The notes beneath the pieces were generated by a model. It saw only the letters and a program-made list of their open reading frames with translations. It was not told the origin of the DNA and searched no databases. From assembly GCA_047967505.1 (NCBI GenBank), contig CM106538.1: a DNA stretch of 64,000 nucleotides, one strand, 5' to 3'. Shown here piece after piece: positions 13,701 to 26,993 of the stretch. The position numbers and the translations under genes are program-made. This DNA comes from Dipteris shenzhenensis (Eukaryota). Every line of letters begins with the position of its first letter. Position 1 is the stretch's first letter.

Positions 13701-14886
13701 AGGGTAGTGTAAGCAAGAAGAACACAAAAATGCAACGCAATTACAAAAGCCAACCCTCTACGTGTATAAGGCGGAACTTAAGCCACATATTACAGGGCCC
13801 GTTGTATTAGGTGAAGTAAGATGAAGGAAGGCACGAAATGAAGAAGTGTTGGAGCAACGAACAGAGGTTGAAGTGTGAATAGTACAAGGGTGAAATGGAA
13901 AATACACCAATTGGAAGATACACCAAATGGCAGATACACCAGGCAAGCTCGTGACTCTAGCTTCTATCTCCACTCATGCTCAATGATCGAATGCCCCTCC
14001 CCATCCCCCACATCTTCTCTTCATTGAGACCTTCATCGGCTCCTCTTCTGGAAAGTCCCTTTCCTGCTTGCTATTGGTTGTCCCCCGTCTCCCTTAGCCA
14101 TTCCGTTGCTTCATGTCTTGATGGCTTTGGCAACTTCTTGACTTGCCAACCTCCTCCTAGTTGGTGACTTAACTACTCCACGTGCAACTCTCTGTCTACT
14201 CCATGTGCACCTCCTATTGTGTCTGACAATGGTTGATAGTGAGCTAGACCGGTGACTCAACTTTTCCATGTGCACCACCATGTGTACCAACTTGTGCTCC
14301 TGTGACTGCTGCAGTCCACAGTTGACATGTCTTGACATGTGACTGTGCTAGTAAGTACTATGACCAAGGTCAGTCCACCCTTGACTTGTTCTTGACATGT
14401 CTAACATGTGCTTTGCCAATAAGTACGGAGACCAAAGTCGGTCCACCCTTGACATGTCCTGACATGTACTGCTCCAGTCTTGTGACCAAGGTTTGTCCAC
14501 CCTTGACATGTACATATATTTGTTTTGAGAGCCGGCTTTGGTGTGTGAGGCACTTACACCCACCATACATCTCATGGAGAACTCTTTCCCCCCGCCTTAT
14601 TTATTCGGCGTTTGGACCCTCTGTACTTTATGGGAAACCAAGAGAGAAGGGAAGTACCAGGGCTTTGACAGACCCAGGCATGTGGGACTTGCTTTCGACC
14701 CCCAAGCCTCGAGCTCACCATGCTAAACCGGCGGTGCTCGGACTAGAGCTGCCATACCCATACCGGGCATTGGCTCAACGGTGGTGTCACCAAGCATTCA
14801 GAGTCTCACCCATCTCCTTATGCCCTGCATTCAAAGTGGTACCCTCTACGTACTTGCATTCCAACTCTTTTCGCTCTGTACTTACA
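10750..14886 (-). mobile_element. Possible degraded LTR element (LTR ~13450-14886, PBS ~13433-13448, non-coding or decayed interior)
   Basis: The minus strand reads TGGTATCCTAGGG (PBS-like) at 13448 and TGTAAG at 14886. Short internal tandem repeats occur at 12290-12400 and 14320-14510. No clear protein domains. Confidence 0.3.
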
Positions 14887-14914
14887 TATACTATGCTAGT
14901 AATGACCAAGGTCG

Positions 14915-15315
14915 TCCTTGTATATCTACAACAGATCCAGATGCACAGAGGCTTTGGATTGCTCCCAGATCCACCCTTAACACACATTAGCTAGTATTTG
15001 GACAGATATTGTATATGCTTTGATGGCCATTTATGGCCATTGGGTGAGCATGCATGGGTCTTCCTGGGTGGCTTCTGCAAGGAGGACGGTTTTCCTGAAG
15101 GAGTGGAGTGGTTCCCCGTTTTTCTCGAAGCCCACCACAAGGTCGAGGTGGCAATTTCAGCCTCAACCTTGGTGCTTTTCTTGCTCTCTATGATGAGCAT
15201 GTTTTTTTCCACTTAGGGTGTTTTTTTTCTCACACCTTGCATGATGTATTTCTAGCATGAGCTTTTCTCTTGGGGTCTTTCATACTAGTCTTTTCACTTG
15301 AAAACAAAATAAATG
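14915..15315 (+). mobile_element. LINE family A 3'-end fragment
   Basis: Encodes degraded RCTEAL...HTLASIWTD...WQFQPQPW, the same C-terminus as the 41.5, 46.2 and 58.7 kb copies; A-rich tail at ~15300. Confidence 0.75.
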
Positions 15316-15601
15316 CATGAAATTTTTACTACAATAGAGCAGCTTTTGTGCAAGCATGGAACTATAGATCCCAGGTTTGTTACATGATGCCAAACACTGA
15401 TTAACGTGAACACTGACTTTGTTTTGTTACTTTTTCTTTTATAGTATGAATTCTATACTGGTGTATCCATTTTTTTGTGATTAGGCATATATGGTGCTCC
15501 TGTGGTGGTTTTGAATTTGCAAAATGACCTTGTTTTTCCAAGTAACTTCATAGTGTTTGTAGAGGAAGATTGATGGTTTTTGTTTGTTACATGTTACACA
15601 G

Positions 15602-15809
15602 TTGGGATAACACGGTTATGGTGGTGTCACTTTCAACCAAGGCACTCAAAATGTACTCTCCAGTGACGGGACAATTTTTGGGAGAGTGTTCTGGACACAC
15701 AGGCACCATTAGTGATTTGCTGTTTCCAGACCTAAAGACACCACATACATTTTGTTCTTCTTCACTTGATGGCACCATAAGAGTTTGGGACACAAGGAAT
15801 CGTCAGCAG
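15602..15809 (+). CDS. WDR89: Internal exon A of WD40-repeat protein, WDR89/GTS1 family (WDNTVMVVSLSTKALKMYSPVTGQFLGECSGHTGTISDLLFP...SSSLDGTIRVWDTRNRQQ)
   Basis: AG acceptor at 15600-15601, GT donor at 15810. The peptide has GH...WD repeat motifs and matches my recollection of Arabidopsis GTS1 (AVSLSTNTVKLYSPVTGQYYGECKGH...SSDGTIRSWDTR). Ends in phase 0. I did not find the upstream exon in the window. Confidence 0.9.
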
Positions 15810-16394
15810 GTGTGTAGTTTTATGTCATATATGACGTACGATTAAAATTGATACTCACTTCGAATTTAAAATTTGGAGATTTAAAGTCTTAAAAAATGAT
15901 TGGGGCGACAGGAGATCATTGTACTAATGTGAAACTTTGGAGCTGTTGCTGTCATAGTCTGCTTATAGGGCAGTCATAGTCTTTCTTTTATAGGCAAGAT
16001 ATACTTTTTCTCTTCAAAAACTGCTTAGTTACTGCTTCATTCATTCATATTGGAGCGAGCTATTTCATGTCACTTTGAATGTTGTAATTACCTTGAATGC
16101 AATGTGCTTTTGCTGTGTTAAGATTCAAGTTGGCTTCCTTTGATTTTTCGAGTTATTGAAAAATCGCTACACTAGAAAACAATGCCAATATTATCAGATA
16201 TTTGTTTCCTAAACAAATCAAAGTATATAAATAGCACATCAGTGCTGTCATGTAATGCTCAACTTGATTCAACAGAGGGTAACGTGCGAGGGTCTTCTAG
16301 ATGCTGCTGTAGGAGACCATATTTTATTAGGGATTGCCTGAGCAGACACCCTTGTGCTGGACATGGCATACGTGTGCCTCCTGTTCACCAGTCT

Positions 16395-16535
16395 TTTCAG
16401 CCTCTAGCCGCTCTTGAGCCTCCAGCCACTCCTGAGCCTCCAGTCTCCTTTGAGCCTCCAGCTCCTCCCGAGCCTCCAGTTGTTCCGGGGCCTCTGGAGC
16501 CTCCAAAGCCTCCAGCTCCCCAGGAGCCTCCAGAG
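16395..16535 (+). repeat. GAGCCTCCA-based minisatellite (EPP-coding-like)
   Basis: About 7 recurrences of (G)AGCCTCCA spaced 9-27 bp apart. Confidence 0.7.
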
Positions 16536-18111
16536 GTTAGTGCTCTCCAAGGCGCGCATCATGCCAAGAGGATGGGCAAATGAGAAAACGGAGACAGAGG
16601 TAGATATAGATAGAGACAAAGACAGAGGCAGAGTTAGACTCAAAGTCAGAGATGGCAGAAGCAATTGCCTGTTGTAGCGATTCAGTCCACTGTAGGACCA
16701 GGTTGGAGGTTCATCACGTACCCCCCCAGTCCCAGCAGTCTCACACTCCATTATCTTCACAGGATCCTCATTTCAGTGCTAACGGTATATCGCCTCAGTC
16801 TCAGGAGACTTACAGGTCAGCATAAGCACAGGATCCAGATCTTATTCTCAGTGACATTTCACTCTCTCCTCATTCAGAACCTGAGATACAGTATTCACTT
16901 CTTGAGTCACCCGAGGAGGACTCCACTCACATCACATGATTCATCTCTGGCTATGGAGAATCTGCAGGGGAGTGGATCAGGTTCTAGCATCTCCACGCGG
17001 CACCTTTGCCTAGGCGCTCTGTTTAGGAATTTGTATCTATAAGGAGCGCCCTGTGTGATATTCTCTTGAGCTCGAGGTTGATAGACTTACTTTTTCCCCG
17101 GATTTCATTTGCTAGTTCGAGGACCTAGTCTTGCAAGGTGGCAGAGTTTTTAGATAGACTAGACGACTGGGAGTATCTTGCAGTAGAGATAAGTTGAGCC
17201 TGTAATCACCCTCCTTTGATGCTTTGATGTCCCAAAGCTCTGAGCCTCTTTTCACTTATGCGAAAGAAAGATCATAGCTCGCATTTAGTCCCTCAGCTTA
17301 GGCATAGCTTCTACCCTAAGAAGGATTCGCTTCAATAGATGAAATAGAGATCTCCCTCCAACTTTCTGGAATCATTTGTTATGAGGTGCTGCAGAGGAGG
17401 GTTATTTTCGACTGGAGCTCACTCCACTTTTTTGTAGACAGTCAGGTGTGATAGAGGAGTATCTAGGTTCTACTGTTGCCTCCAAAGGGGGTCACCGTTT
17501 TCACTCCACTTTCAAGTAACTTCTGCTCACATGGGAGTGAGGTATGGATGTCAGAGATGATAGAATCTTGGGTATCATGAAAAGTACCGGCTAAGATCAG
17601 CCGAGTATTAATCACCATTCATTTACCTTCTCTATCTCGTGTAAAACAACATATGGAGACCTTGCTAACTTTCCTAATCACACACAAGGTGGTATGATTC
17701 CTAGAATATGTTAGTAGTAAGTCTCTAGGTATTTCCATCACACTTGTATTTTGGTTGGCTTCCACTCTCTAAAATGGAACATTCAACCAACAATTACCAT
17801 CAATCTTTGGCAACTTTGAGGCTGACCTCATTTCCACCCCAATTGTTTGTCTCAAGAAGCTAACATATTTAGACGAATGGCGTTGAGTTACTGCCAGCTC
17901 CTCTTTTCTCTCTCTTGTGCAGTCAACTTATTACAATTGTTATATGAGGAAAGAATCGACTCATTGTATATATAGAGACAGTTTTTGTGAATCTATCTAC
18001 ACATTGAAGTATGCCTGAGGAGGATACACCTCCAATTAATGCACAACTTTAGACATTATAAATTCTGGGATTTACAGCATCTTTGATGGTGGAATTTCAT
18101 TCATAACATAT

Positions 18112-18510
18112 TCTTTTTTCTTTTTTCAAACAACTTTCTATTATATGCTTGACAAAACCAACCATACAAGTCAGCAATCCTTGAGGCGCTGATGGGTAAA
18201 CAAAGGGAAAACTAGCTGTCAACCAACCTGTTTTCAGAGAACCCAGCTCACTGTCTAGGGAAGTTTAGAAACAGGGGCTAGCATCTGAGGTGGGGGACTA
18301 TATAGCCAGTGAATACCTTGCTCTGTAAGACATTGCAGGGCAAGCCTTGCAGAAACACACCCAGTTCTCAATGGTTTCCCTAGATCCTGACGTCTTGTGC
18401 TCCCGTATGGTGTGTAGGGTGTACATGATATCCTACCAGATGGCGATGAGGGTAGCTGCCGGGGGGCGTGGTGGTGTCCCATCACGAAGCGGTATTCCAC
18501 GATTAGCAAG
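18112..18510 (-). mobile_element. LINE family B 3'-end fragment
   Basis: T-run at 18112-18126 (poly-A on the minus strand). Homologous to 23540-23850 (ccagctc..ctaggga, ggactata.agccagtgaat, caagccttgcagaaac). Confidence 0.75.
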
Positions 18511-19261
18511 GGCTAATTAGGGCAAAGTGTGGGGTCAGGGCAAAGCGTGGACGCCGCGTAAAGTAAAGGTAATTTGGGCATGCAACCTAAAGTTTAGGGC
18601 TCACTGCTAAGGATAGCCAATGCTTGGCCTATAAAGTATGGGTCAGGGGCTCAATGTCGCGGGTCCGGGGAGTGAACTCTCCTCTGGACGTATACCTATT
18701 AGCTAGGGAGCAGTAAGGGGCACATTATGGTGTGGGATGCATGTCCTAAATAAAGGTTGGCTGGCTCTCACTGTGGTCTAGACCTGAGACATGAGATTGG
18801 ATCGACATACTAAAGCCTACAGTTGGAAGGTGAGCTACTAGCTTGAACCCCTATGGGTTGTTTGCGGGTGTATCCCTAGTGCTTTGGACTCTAGTTCTAC
18901 TCTAGTTTGAAGGTAAACCCCTTCAAGGTCAAATAGTTACTTGACCATGTTTGGGGCTGTTTCAGAAGGGCTCACCCTTGATGAGGAGTTTACATAGGAT
19001 ATAGCAGTGACTGCCAGGACTCATCTGGGTTAGCCCTTAGTGTCGAGGGGAGTTTGAGCACCATCCCCTTCTTTGGCACTCCAAGGTTTGAGACCAAGAG
19101 GGCTTCATCCTAGGGCAACGAACACACATCGACTAGGTATGGTGGGTAGTGTCCCAAGGCGATTCTTTCAATCCTAGGAGTCGTCTTTCCACTGAGGCAG
19201 TGGCACAGGTGAGAGCTCTCCCCCACTTGAGGGGGCCAAGCGCGCAGATGCTAGAGATAGT

Positions 19262-19425
19262 GGCACAACACAGGTATCAATCTACACCTGCTTGTACTAA
19301 ATGTTGCAAACTACATCCTTTCTCTATAAAGGTTTACCTCTTGAGATAACATTTAAGCACAACACAGGTATCAATCTACCCCTGCTTGTACTAAATGTTG
19401 CAAACTACATCCTTTCTCCCATAAC
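19262..19425. repeat. Direct duplication of ~65 bp
   Basis: CACAACACAGGTATCAATCTAC.CCTGCTTGTACTAAATGTTGCAAACTACATCCTTTCTC occurs at ~19264 and ~19358. Confidence 0.85.
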
Positions 19426-19429
19426 AATA

Positions 19430-22400
19430 CTCAAGTATAGGTTGTCTGAAATATTGGAACAACCAATAACTCCTGTTCATAAGTGCTGTACTTTTAATTT
19501 AGCACGTTGAAGCTTTCGTCTCTCAAAGGCTATAGTAGGCCTATAGTACCTACTCATCCTTAAGAAAGATCTCGTGTCGTGGAGAGACCGAGTATTTGTC
19601 TTCTTGGGATCCATAATGAACCCTTTGGTAGAGGCATTTCTCCTGTGAGATTGTTCCATAAGAGTTACCATCCACCCCTTTCCCGGATGCCATTTCAAAT
19701 AAATGAATTGCAGAAGTTCAAACGAGAGAGATCCTTCACCTAGAGCACACCATGATTCTCAGTCTTCAGGTGCCTCCCTTTTCACTTGCAGATGTTGATG
19801 TCCCTTTGTTCCCAATTTCAACCCTGTCATTGGCCTTGATTTCATTTGAGACCTACTACAAATCTTTGTATTCGAGTTTCGATTCTTCGATTGCACATTT
19901 GAGCCTCTATGCTTGATTTCTTCTTCCCAATCACAAGAGCAACTCCTCATGTAGCCGATTGAACTCGCGCAAATCGTTTGACTGAAATGTGTCTTTGCTT
20001 GCGAATGATGATTTGGTATATTTTTTCACTCCATTATTGAATCAGGCCTCTACACTTGGTGTGCTCAAACCTCTAAGTTCTTTGTTGATTCAAGCCCTTC
20101 AATGCTTGAATCTTTGCGCCGATGGTCTGCATCAGCCTTGACCTCCCAAGTCATAGATTTGAGGTTCAGCTAATTTGTCTTCTCTTTGCGTTGCTTTGCT
20201 TGAGCCGTACAGATAGTTGCGTTCATATTGATAAGGAACTCCACTTCTCCAAATGCCAACTTTGACTTAAGCTTGATCTTCTTTACAAGAATGCCTTATT
20301 GTAGCTTTGTGTGTGGAACCTTTGCGAGCTGCTGTGCATCGCCCTTGCATTGAATTGGATCGATGAACGTACACATTGAAAGAACAGATGATTTGAGGGA
20401 TGGTTCTGATGGACTTCTTAATGCATTGTTAGGACCATGGGGTCCTCTCCGCCAAAAGTTTGCTCCCTTTGGGTATGAATGAAAAGAGTGACGGCTTTGT
20501 CCGTCGCACTTCTCATTGAAGGTTTTGACCTTTCAATTGTGTTGTATCAAAGCTTCAATTGATTGGTGAAAAAAATCCTTTGAAAGAGAGAAACTTTGAG
20601 AGTCAATCCCCGTGGCTTCTGTGCACTTTGGTGTAAAACCTTTGAATCACAATTGATTTTGCCCTTGCGTTGAACCTTTGCTATGGGTATCCAAACATAT
20701 TGACCTTTTGCCTTTAGATGAAAACAAACATTCAAATGTCGGTTTTAACTCTTTAAGGGTGGTTTCAACCCCTCTCATCACTTGAACGTGAATTTTATTG
20801 TTGTGCGATGTACATTCGACTGTGGGCTGTATCAACCCTTCCTTCATTCATTCCTCTTTTCTTACCTTGTCCATGTTTGTAGCGGATCCAAGGTTTGATA
20901 CCAAGCGTAATGAACCAGATTTTCTGGTTCCCCCCAAGTTCCTAATTTCTCTTTGACTAACTATCCATGTGCATAGGACGTAGCCTAAGTGTTGCAAAAC
21001 TGGGTACTATTGGTGATGGCCCGAGAGTCAAGAATGATGGAAATGGAAAGGTGGAGTGCATGAAGATGGAATGTGACCACCTGAGTGGTCACACCTCATT
21101 AGATGTGTCCTTTTGATTCTCCTTGAGACCTAGGTTAATCATTAGACCTTAGGTACAAGGGTTTCTAAGGTTCCTTACCCCTAGGCATTGACCTATAACT
21201 TGAGGTAACCTTTAGACTCCCTATCTCACTCAATATGACTCCCATTTAGAGTTGTCTGAACCAATGTTCTTCCCTTGACTAGTCCATTGATTAGCATACT
21301 CATTTGGGTAATACTGGGTACTCATGTCAAGACATACTTCATGGACAAAACATATTCTACTTAATTCTTAAAGACTTTAATTCAGTGGAGATCTCTACAA
21401 GATCTCTCTCAAAAGAGTTAACTAGTAAAAAAAAAAGGTGATAACCCCATCAAGGGCTCAAATAACAAAGTACCTACCCTTGGTATTGGGGGCTTTAACT
21501 ATTTCCTCCAGATCACTACTCAGATCTGTGTACTCTGATAGGTTTATTGGACATTCCTCCCAACCATCCTGCATAGAAGTAGCCCATTCATTAGGGGGAC
21601 CTTCTGTATGTCCCTTTAGGTCAGCCAAGGCTCACTCGTAGACTTTATGATAGTCTTGCAACGCAAGCTCTTTTATTGTAAATCCAAACTATTTCTTTCA
21701 CCATCTAGCTGAACTTGAGATCTATTCTTTTAGCTTCTTACCTGCCCGGTTCAAGATAAAAGAGAGCAGTAATTTGGTCCTGAATTCTTATCAAGAGTAA
21801 TCCCATTCATGGGTAATATTACAGCCTACTGACTCCATGATAGAGCACTAAGTAGACAAGTGAGCTAGAGGCAAGTAAAGGAAATAAGGAAATAATCATA
21901 TTGCTGTGCAGGTCTGAAATGATTTTTGGTGAAGAAGTAAGGTTGGAGATGATCAGCCATCCAATGAAGAATAGGAAGGGTGGCTTAAATGGGAACAGCA
22001 ATGACTAGTGGCAGCCAAGGAGTTAGCTAAAGAAACTGCAATCTGCAGCTCGAGGATTGCTCTAGATGTTCGATCAGTCTTCAGCCAAGCGTGGAGGGTT
22101 AGCTTGTGGAGAGGCCGGCAACCAAGCTTCTATCAAGCGTGATGGATTTGTGAGCCGAGGATTACTTGCCAAAAGTAGTGCTCATGGATCTAAAGTTAGT
22201 GATGGCTTGCTTCTTTTGTTACAAGCCCACCCCAAGCTAAAAACCAAGCACTTGCGTTACACCCGCACTATCCCATGCCTTTTTTTGGGGGGGGGTTGTA
22301 GAAAAAGCCAATCCTAGAAATCTTGCTATGTTGATTTTTCATGGCTTCAATTCCCAAAATGAGAAAAATTCCTCCATTGCCCATCGCTTCTAAGGAAGCC

Positions 22401-23339
22401 CCAAATCAGCTTCTCCCTAATCAGGTGGTCATGCATGCATGTATCTCAGCAAAAAATTCTACATGAACTCAATTAGGGCCATGCATGCAGCCATCGACCC
22501 CTTTTTGGTTCAACGTCATGCTTTATGCCAAAGCATCAAGCTCCAAATGTGTCAAGGTAGCTAGTTCCCACCTTCTTATGCACCATGATGGATCCAATCT
22601 AGATTGCCATCTTGGCCCAAACTATATTGTCATGTAACCTGAACATCCATGGGTTGGAGTTATTTATCCCTTCTACAAGCTGCATGTCCAACTAGACATG
22701 TCAGTGCAAGCTCCGTAGGCATCCTATCATGCTTCCACAATAGCCCATGTCCTTGTTTCCATAGACAAACCCACATTGGATTCCAATCCAAGGAGCCAGG
22801 ATTTTCAAAAGAACCTCGAGAAGCAAGGACATCTTGCATGGACAAGATTAATCCTTCCATAGTGTTTTAGATCACGAGATGTCCCCACTGTTGGAGTAAT
22901 TACCTTTGTTAGACTCTACTTCCTAAACATACCACGAAGAGGCCAAAGGAGTTGAGCTATCAAGCACATCTCCTAGCCGTAGGTTCACTATTCCAAATCT
23001 AGACCACTGAGGAAGCTAGTTTGATTGAAGGGTAGGCCATGCATCCCATATCACATTTCCCTTTCACCAAGCTACTACTCCTTGGCAATTCTCCTTGAGA
23101 ACCACCCATCTTGAATTGGCTTGTATTTATAAGCCTAGCTCTGATTATGAGTGGCATATGACTCCAACTTTATAAGCGCGAAGCCATGCCCCAAATAGCT
23201 TTCTTTTCCTTTAAGTCTAGTCAGCTTTAGAGTAGCATTACCCTCTGCATTAGCCTTGCATTTAGCTCTAGTTTGGGGATTTAGACCTCATCCACACTAG
23301 CTCTAGTCTCAACCTTAAGGTTTATCCAACCGTATGACA
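19430..23339 (-). mobile_element. Degraded Ty3/gypsy element: putative 5' LTR ~20906-23339, PBS, decayed gag/pol
   Basis: The minus strand reads TGGTATCAAACCTTGG (tRNA-iMet-type PBS) at 20903. RSFLRMSRYYR at ~19540-19575 resembles gypsy RSFLGLAGYYR. TGTCAT on the minus strand at 23339 is a candidate LTR start. Confidence 0.5.
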
Positions 23340-23519
23340 ACCTTCTCTCTTTTGCTTTCCATATTTGTTTCCATCATGTGGGCTGCAATTTTTATTTGAG
23401 CAGCTATCCCCACAAAGCCCTTGTATTTAAGATACTTAGGACTGCTAGCCATAGTTGACCCTAACCCAACCTAACAAGTAACCTACCTCTAGTTAGTTTA
23501 ACTCAAGTATGTATCTTTA

Positions 23520-26500
23520 AAATTAAAAAAAAGAGAAAAGGAACTTCTATTAATGCTTAAAATCCAACCATACATATGGGCAAAATCGAAAAGGTGCCAA
23601 TCGTGGCCAAAAACAAAAACGGGCTAAAAGAAAGCCCGCTTGTTGCCGAGATCCCAGCTCGCTGCCTAGGGATTCTCTATAACGGGGGCTAACAACCACG
23701 GTGGTGGACTATACAGCCAGTGAATCTCTCGCAACGTGAGATCATAAAATACACCTGTAGGCCAAGCCTTGCAGAAACGTGCCCGCCTATCGTCGGTAGC
23801 TCGAGAACCTGGAACGCCGCGCTTCCAAATGGATCACAGCGTATAAATGATATCTTGCCAAATGGCAACCAGCGTAGCCGTCGGAGGAACATGGTGCTGG
23901 CCCATGACCCAGCTGCAACGGGCCACCCAGATGTTCCAGGCCGTGATGCTGGCCACCGTCTGCCAGACACTATCCTCTCTCGACTGAGGGGGATGGTGAG
24001 AAGGGGGGGGAGTAGCCAAGTGAAGCTCAATGCTGTGAATGCTCCGACCCTTTATCTGGTAAGCTGGCGAGATTGTGTCTATGGAGAAGGCGTGGCCCCC
24101 CTCTGTAAGCCAAGCTGCCATACCCCGAGTGAAATCTCTCTGTGTGCTCTAAAGCCGTGCCACAATCCGAAGCGCTCCGAGCTAGATCCTCTGAGCTGCT
24201 GGGAAGCTCCATAGGCAGTGAGGAATAGTCTCCATAGCTCTGCCTGTACATCTGTAGCAGCTGCCATCCACCTGCATCTGCTCAAGACACAGGCCCACTA
24301 GGAGACCTCCGTGTGCGTCCATCCAGAAGAAATAGGATATCTTCCGTGGATGCAGGCTAGACCACAGCCGGGCCCTAAATCTGGATCTAACCTCCTCGGA
24401 CACCTGCTGTGCAATCCAATGTCTCCCCCGTGAAGGGGTCCAGGCTATTGCGTCCATCTAGAGGTGACGTCCTACGAGAAGAAAGGCACCTCCTCCTCTC
24501 TCTCTGAGAGACCCGCTCTGACCGGCCATAACCACTCTCTGAGGTCCCTCTGTATCTCATTGAGAGGGCGACCCTCCCATAACCATAGTCTCCAGCGGGG
24601 GGCATCTAGGTCTGTGATGCAAGAAGGGTTGATCGACCACTCCTTGCCCAAACGTCCCACTACTCTGGCCCTCTGCCAACCCACATGGCCTAACACCCTG
24701 TCCATATCACGATCCCCTGTGATCCAGGGCTGCAGTAGCCCGCCCGGTCCCACATCATAGAACCGCGCGCTCGTGGGGGTTGGCGACTACGTGCACAGCT
24801 GAATCCTCAGAGAGGTACACCCGTCTAGAGAATTGTCCTAGCCAGTGCGCCGGAGTGAAAACCTGCAGTCCCTTCCTCCAAGAGTCCGGAATAGCTGCCT
24901 CTATCTCCACCATCCTCTGGCCGGCCCCTTTCAGATGACAAAGGACCTCCAATCGTGCCTCTGCCTCTGCTAGGAGTCTAGACCATGTTCCCCTGGAGCG
25001 AGCCGGGCCATTGTCCCACTGTGCCCAGCCAATGTGTAGCCGCTGCCCCAGCATAAAACCATCTTGGTCTCTGACCTCCGGGTGCCAGATAAGTGGATGG
25101 TGTGCAAACTCCTCCGCATACCGGGGTTTGACTCAGATGAGACCTCATGAGATCCGTTGCCAAACCCTCAAGAGACTCCTCATCAGGGGTGAGCCCTTCC
25201 CCGTGAGGGGTCCTCCAAAAAGATCCACCTATGGGACAGCTGCCACTGACCACCTGTGTGGGGGGTATTCCTCAAGAGACCGCGCTGCAAGAGAAGTTTC
25301 CAGAGCTCCATGCCTGGAGTGAGACCCCTGACTATCAACCTTTCCAACAGGGCTCTGCTCTGCATCTTTGGATCTATAATACCCAAGCCTCCGTGTGCCT
25401 GTGGTAGTATCACTGCCTGCCACGCAACTCTAGCTCTGGTTTTGTGAGTGCCATCTGATCTTGCCCAAAGGAAGTTACGGACCAAGCATCTCAATTGTCC
25501 CATGCAACCCCTGTGAAAACACCAGCAAGAGGCTATGTACTAGGTTGTGGCCAACGGGACCTACGAAGATGTCAATGCCCACATGGCATCCCAGGTACCT
25601 CGCCGACTGGCCACTCGGGATCCACCTGAAGCCTACCAATGCGCCCCACCGAAGAATCTCCTGAGACTCCTGAGTCACTGAAAGAAAACCGACTGATTTG
25701 CCCTAGTTGATCCTTGCCCCTGAGGCGGTGCAATAAACCTCAAGAGCCCCCTGATCGCATCCAGGCTCTCCTCCGAACCCTCCACATACAAGGCCGTATC
25801 ATTTGCGAACTCCGAGTCTAGAAGCTCCTTCTGCTATCTGATCGGTACCCTCATTCCTCTGAGGCCAACCGTTTGCGACCTCAGGAAATAACCCAATGCC
25901 TCCGCGACAAAGAGAAAGAGGAAGGGAGCCAGTGTGCGGCCTTGTTTAATGGAGCGGGTGAGCGGGAAGGCCTCCCCGGTGAACCCACCAATCAACGTCT
26001 GACTTGAACTCCCTGCATACAAGGTGGAGACCCCTATGATCCACTTGTCTGAGTAGCCTAATCTCTGCATCGTGCCCTCCAAGAAGGACCACTCTACTCG
26101 ATCGTAGGCCTCTCAAAATCCAGCAGTAGGATCGCAAGGGGCTGTGCCTCCTCCTTGGCCCAATCCAGCGCCTCCCTAAAAATTGAAGATGTTGTCAAGG
26201 ATGCTACACTCTTGGACAAAACCTGTTTGCGTGTCGTGGATGATGTCGACTAGATGGGGTCTTGGCTGCAAACTCAAGACCTTGGCTAAGATCTTGTATG
26301 CGGTGTCTAGTAGAGTGATCGGTCTCCACTGTTGAATGTCCGAGCGGTCCCCTCCCTTCAGGATCAAACAAATCTAGCCTCTGCTCAGGGACGGTGGGAG
26401 TGCTCTTGAGTCAAAGATCTCTTGAAAGGCCAGCTGAAGGGGGGTGTGCACAATGGGCCAAAGGCTCCTGAAGAAGACCAGGGACAGCGCATCCTCCCGT

Positions 26501-26962
26501 GGGCACTTATGAGTCGGAAGTGCCCTGAGAGCTTCTCGAAGCTTGTCATCTGTGAAGGGAGAATCCAACTGGCTGCTCACGCCCTGAGAGACCACATCTC
26601 CCATACCTCCTTGCGGGCTTCTTTCACCGGGGGGGACTCCTCCACTTAAAAAAGGTGTCGATAGAAATCCGAAGCCAACTCCATAATCTCATGAGGGTCT
26701 GAAACCACCTTGCTGCTAGCGTCTCTCAGTCTCTGCAACTGGGCACTTGCAGACCTAGGCCCCGTGGCCTGAAAGAACTGGCGGCTCATCCTATCCCCTT
26801 GTTGTACCCAATGAGCACAAGCGGAATGGTAAGAATAATCAGCTCTCCTCAACTCCGTGTCCTGAAGCTCCATACGTGCACACCCATATCTGTCAGTAAG
26901 CCACTAGGACTCCGTGTCCTGCTCCCTGAGACGCTCAATGGAGGCTAAGTCACTCCTCAAAG

Positions 26963-26993
<31 letters not shown>

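Noticed and set aside
16182-17150. EPP-repeat ORF and possible integrase-end/chromodomain remnant
   Set aside because: Only faint similarity (VYRLSL, FPDFHL-like); too degraded to call without an HMM search.
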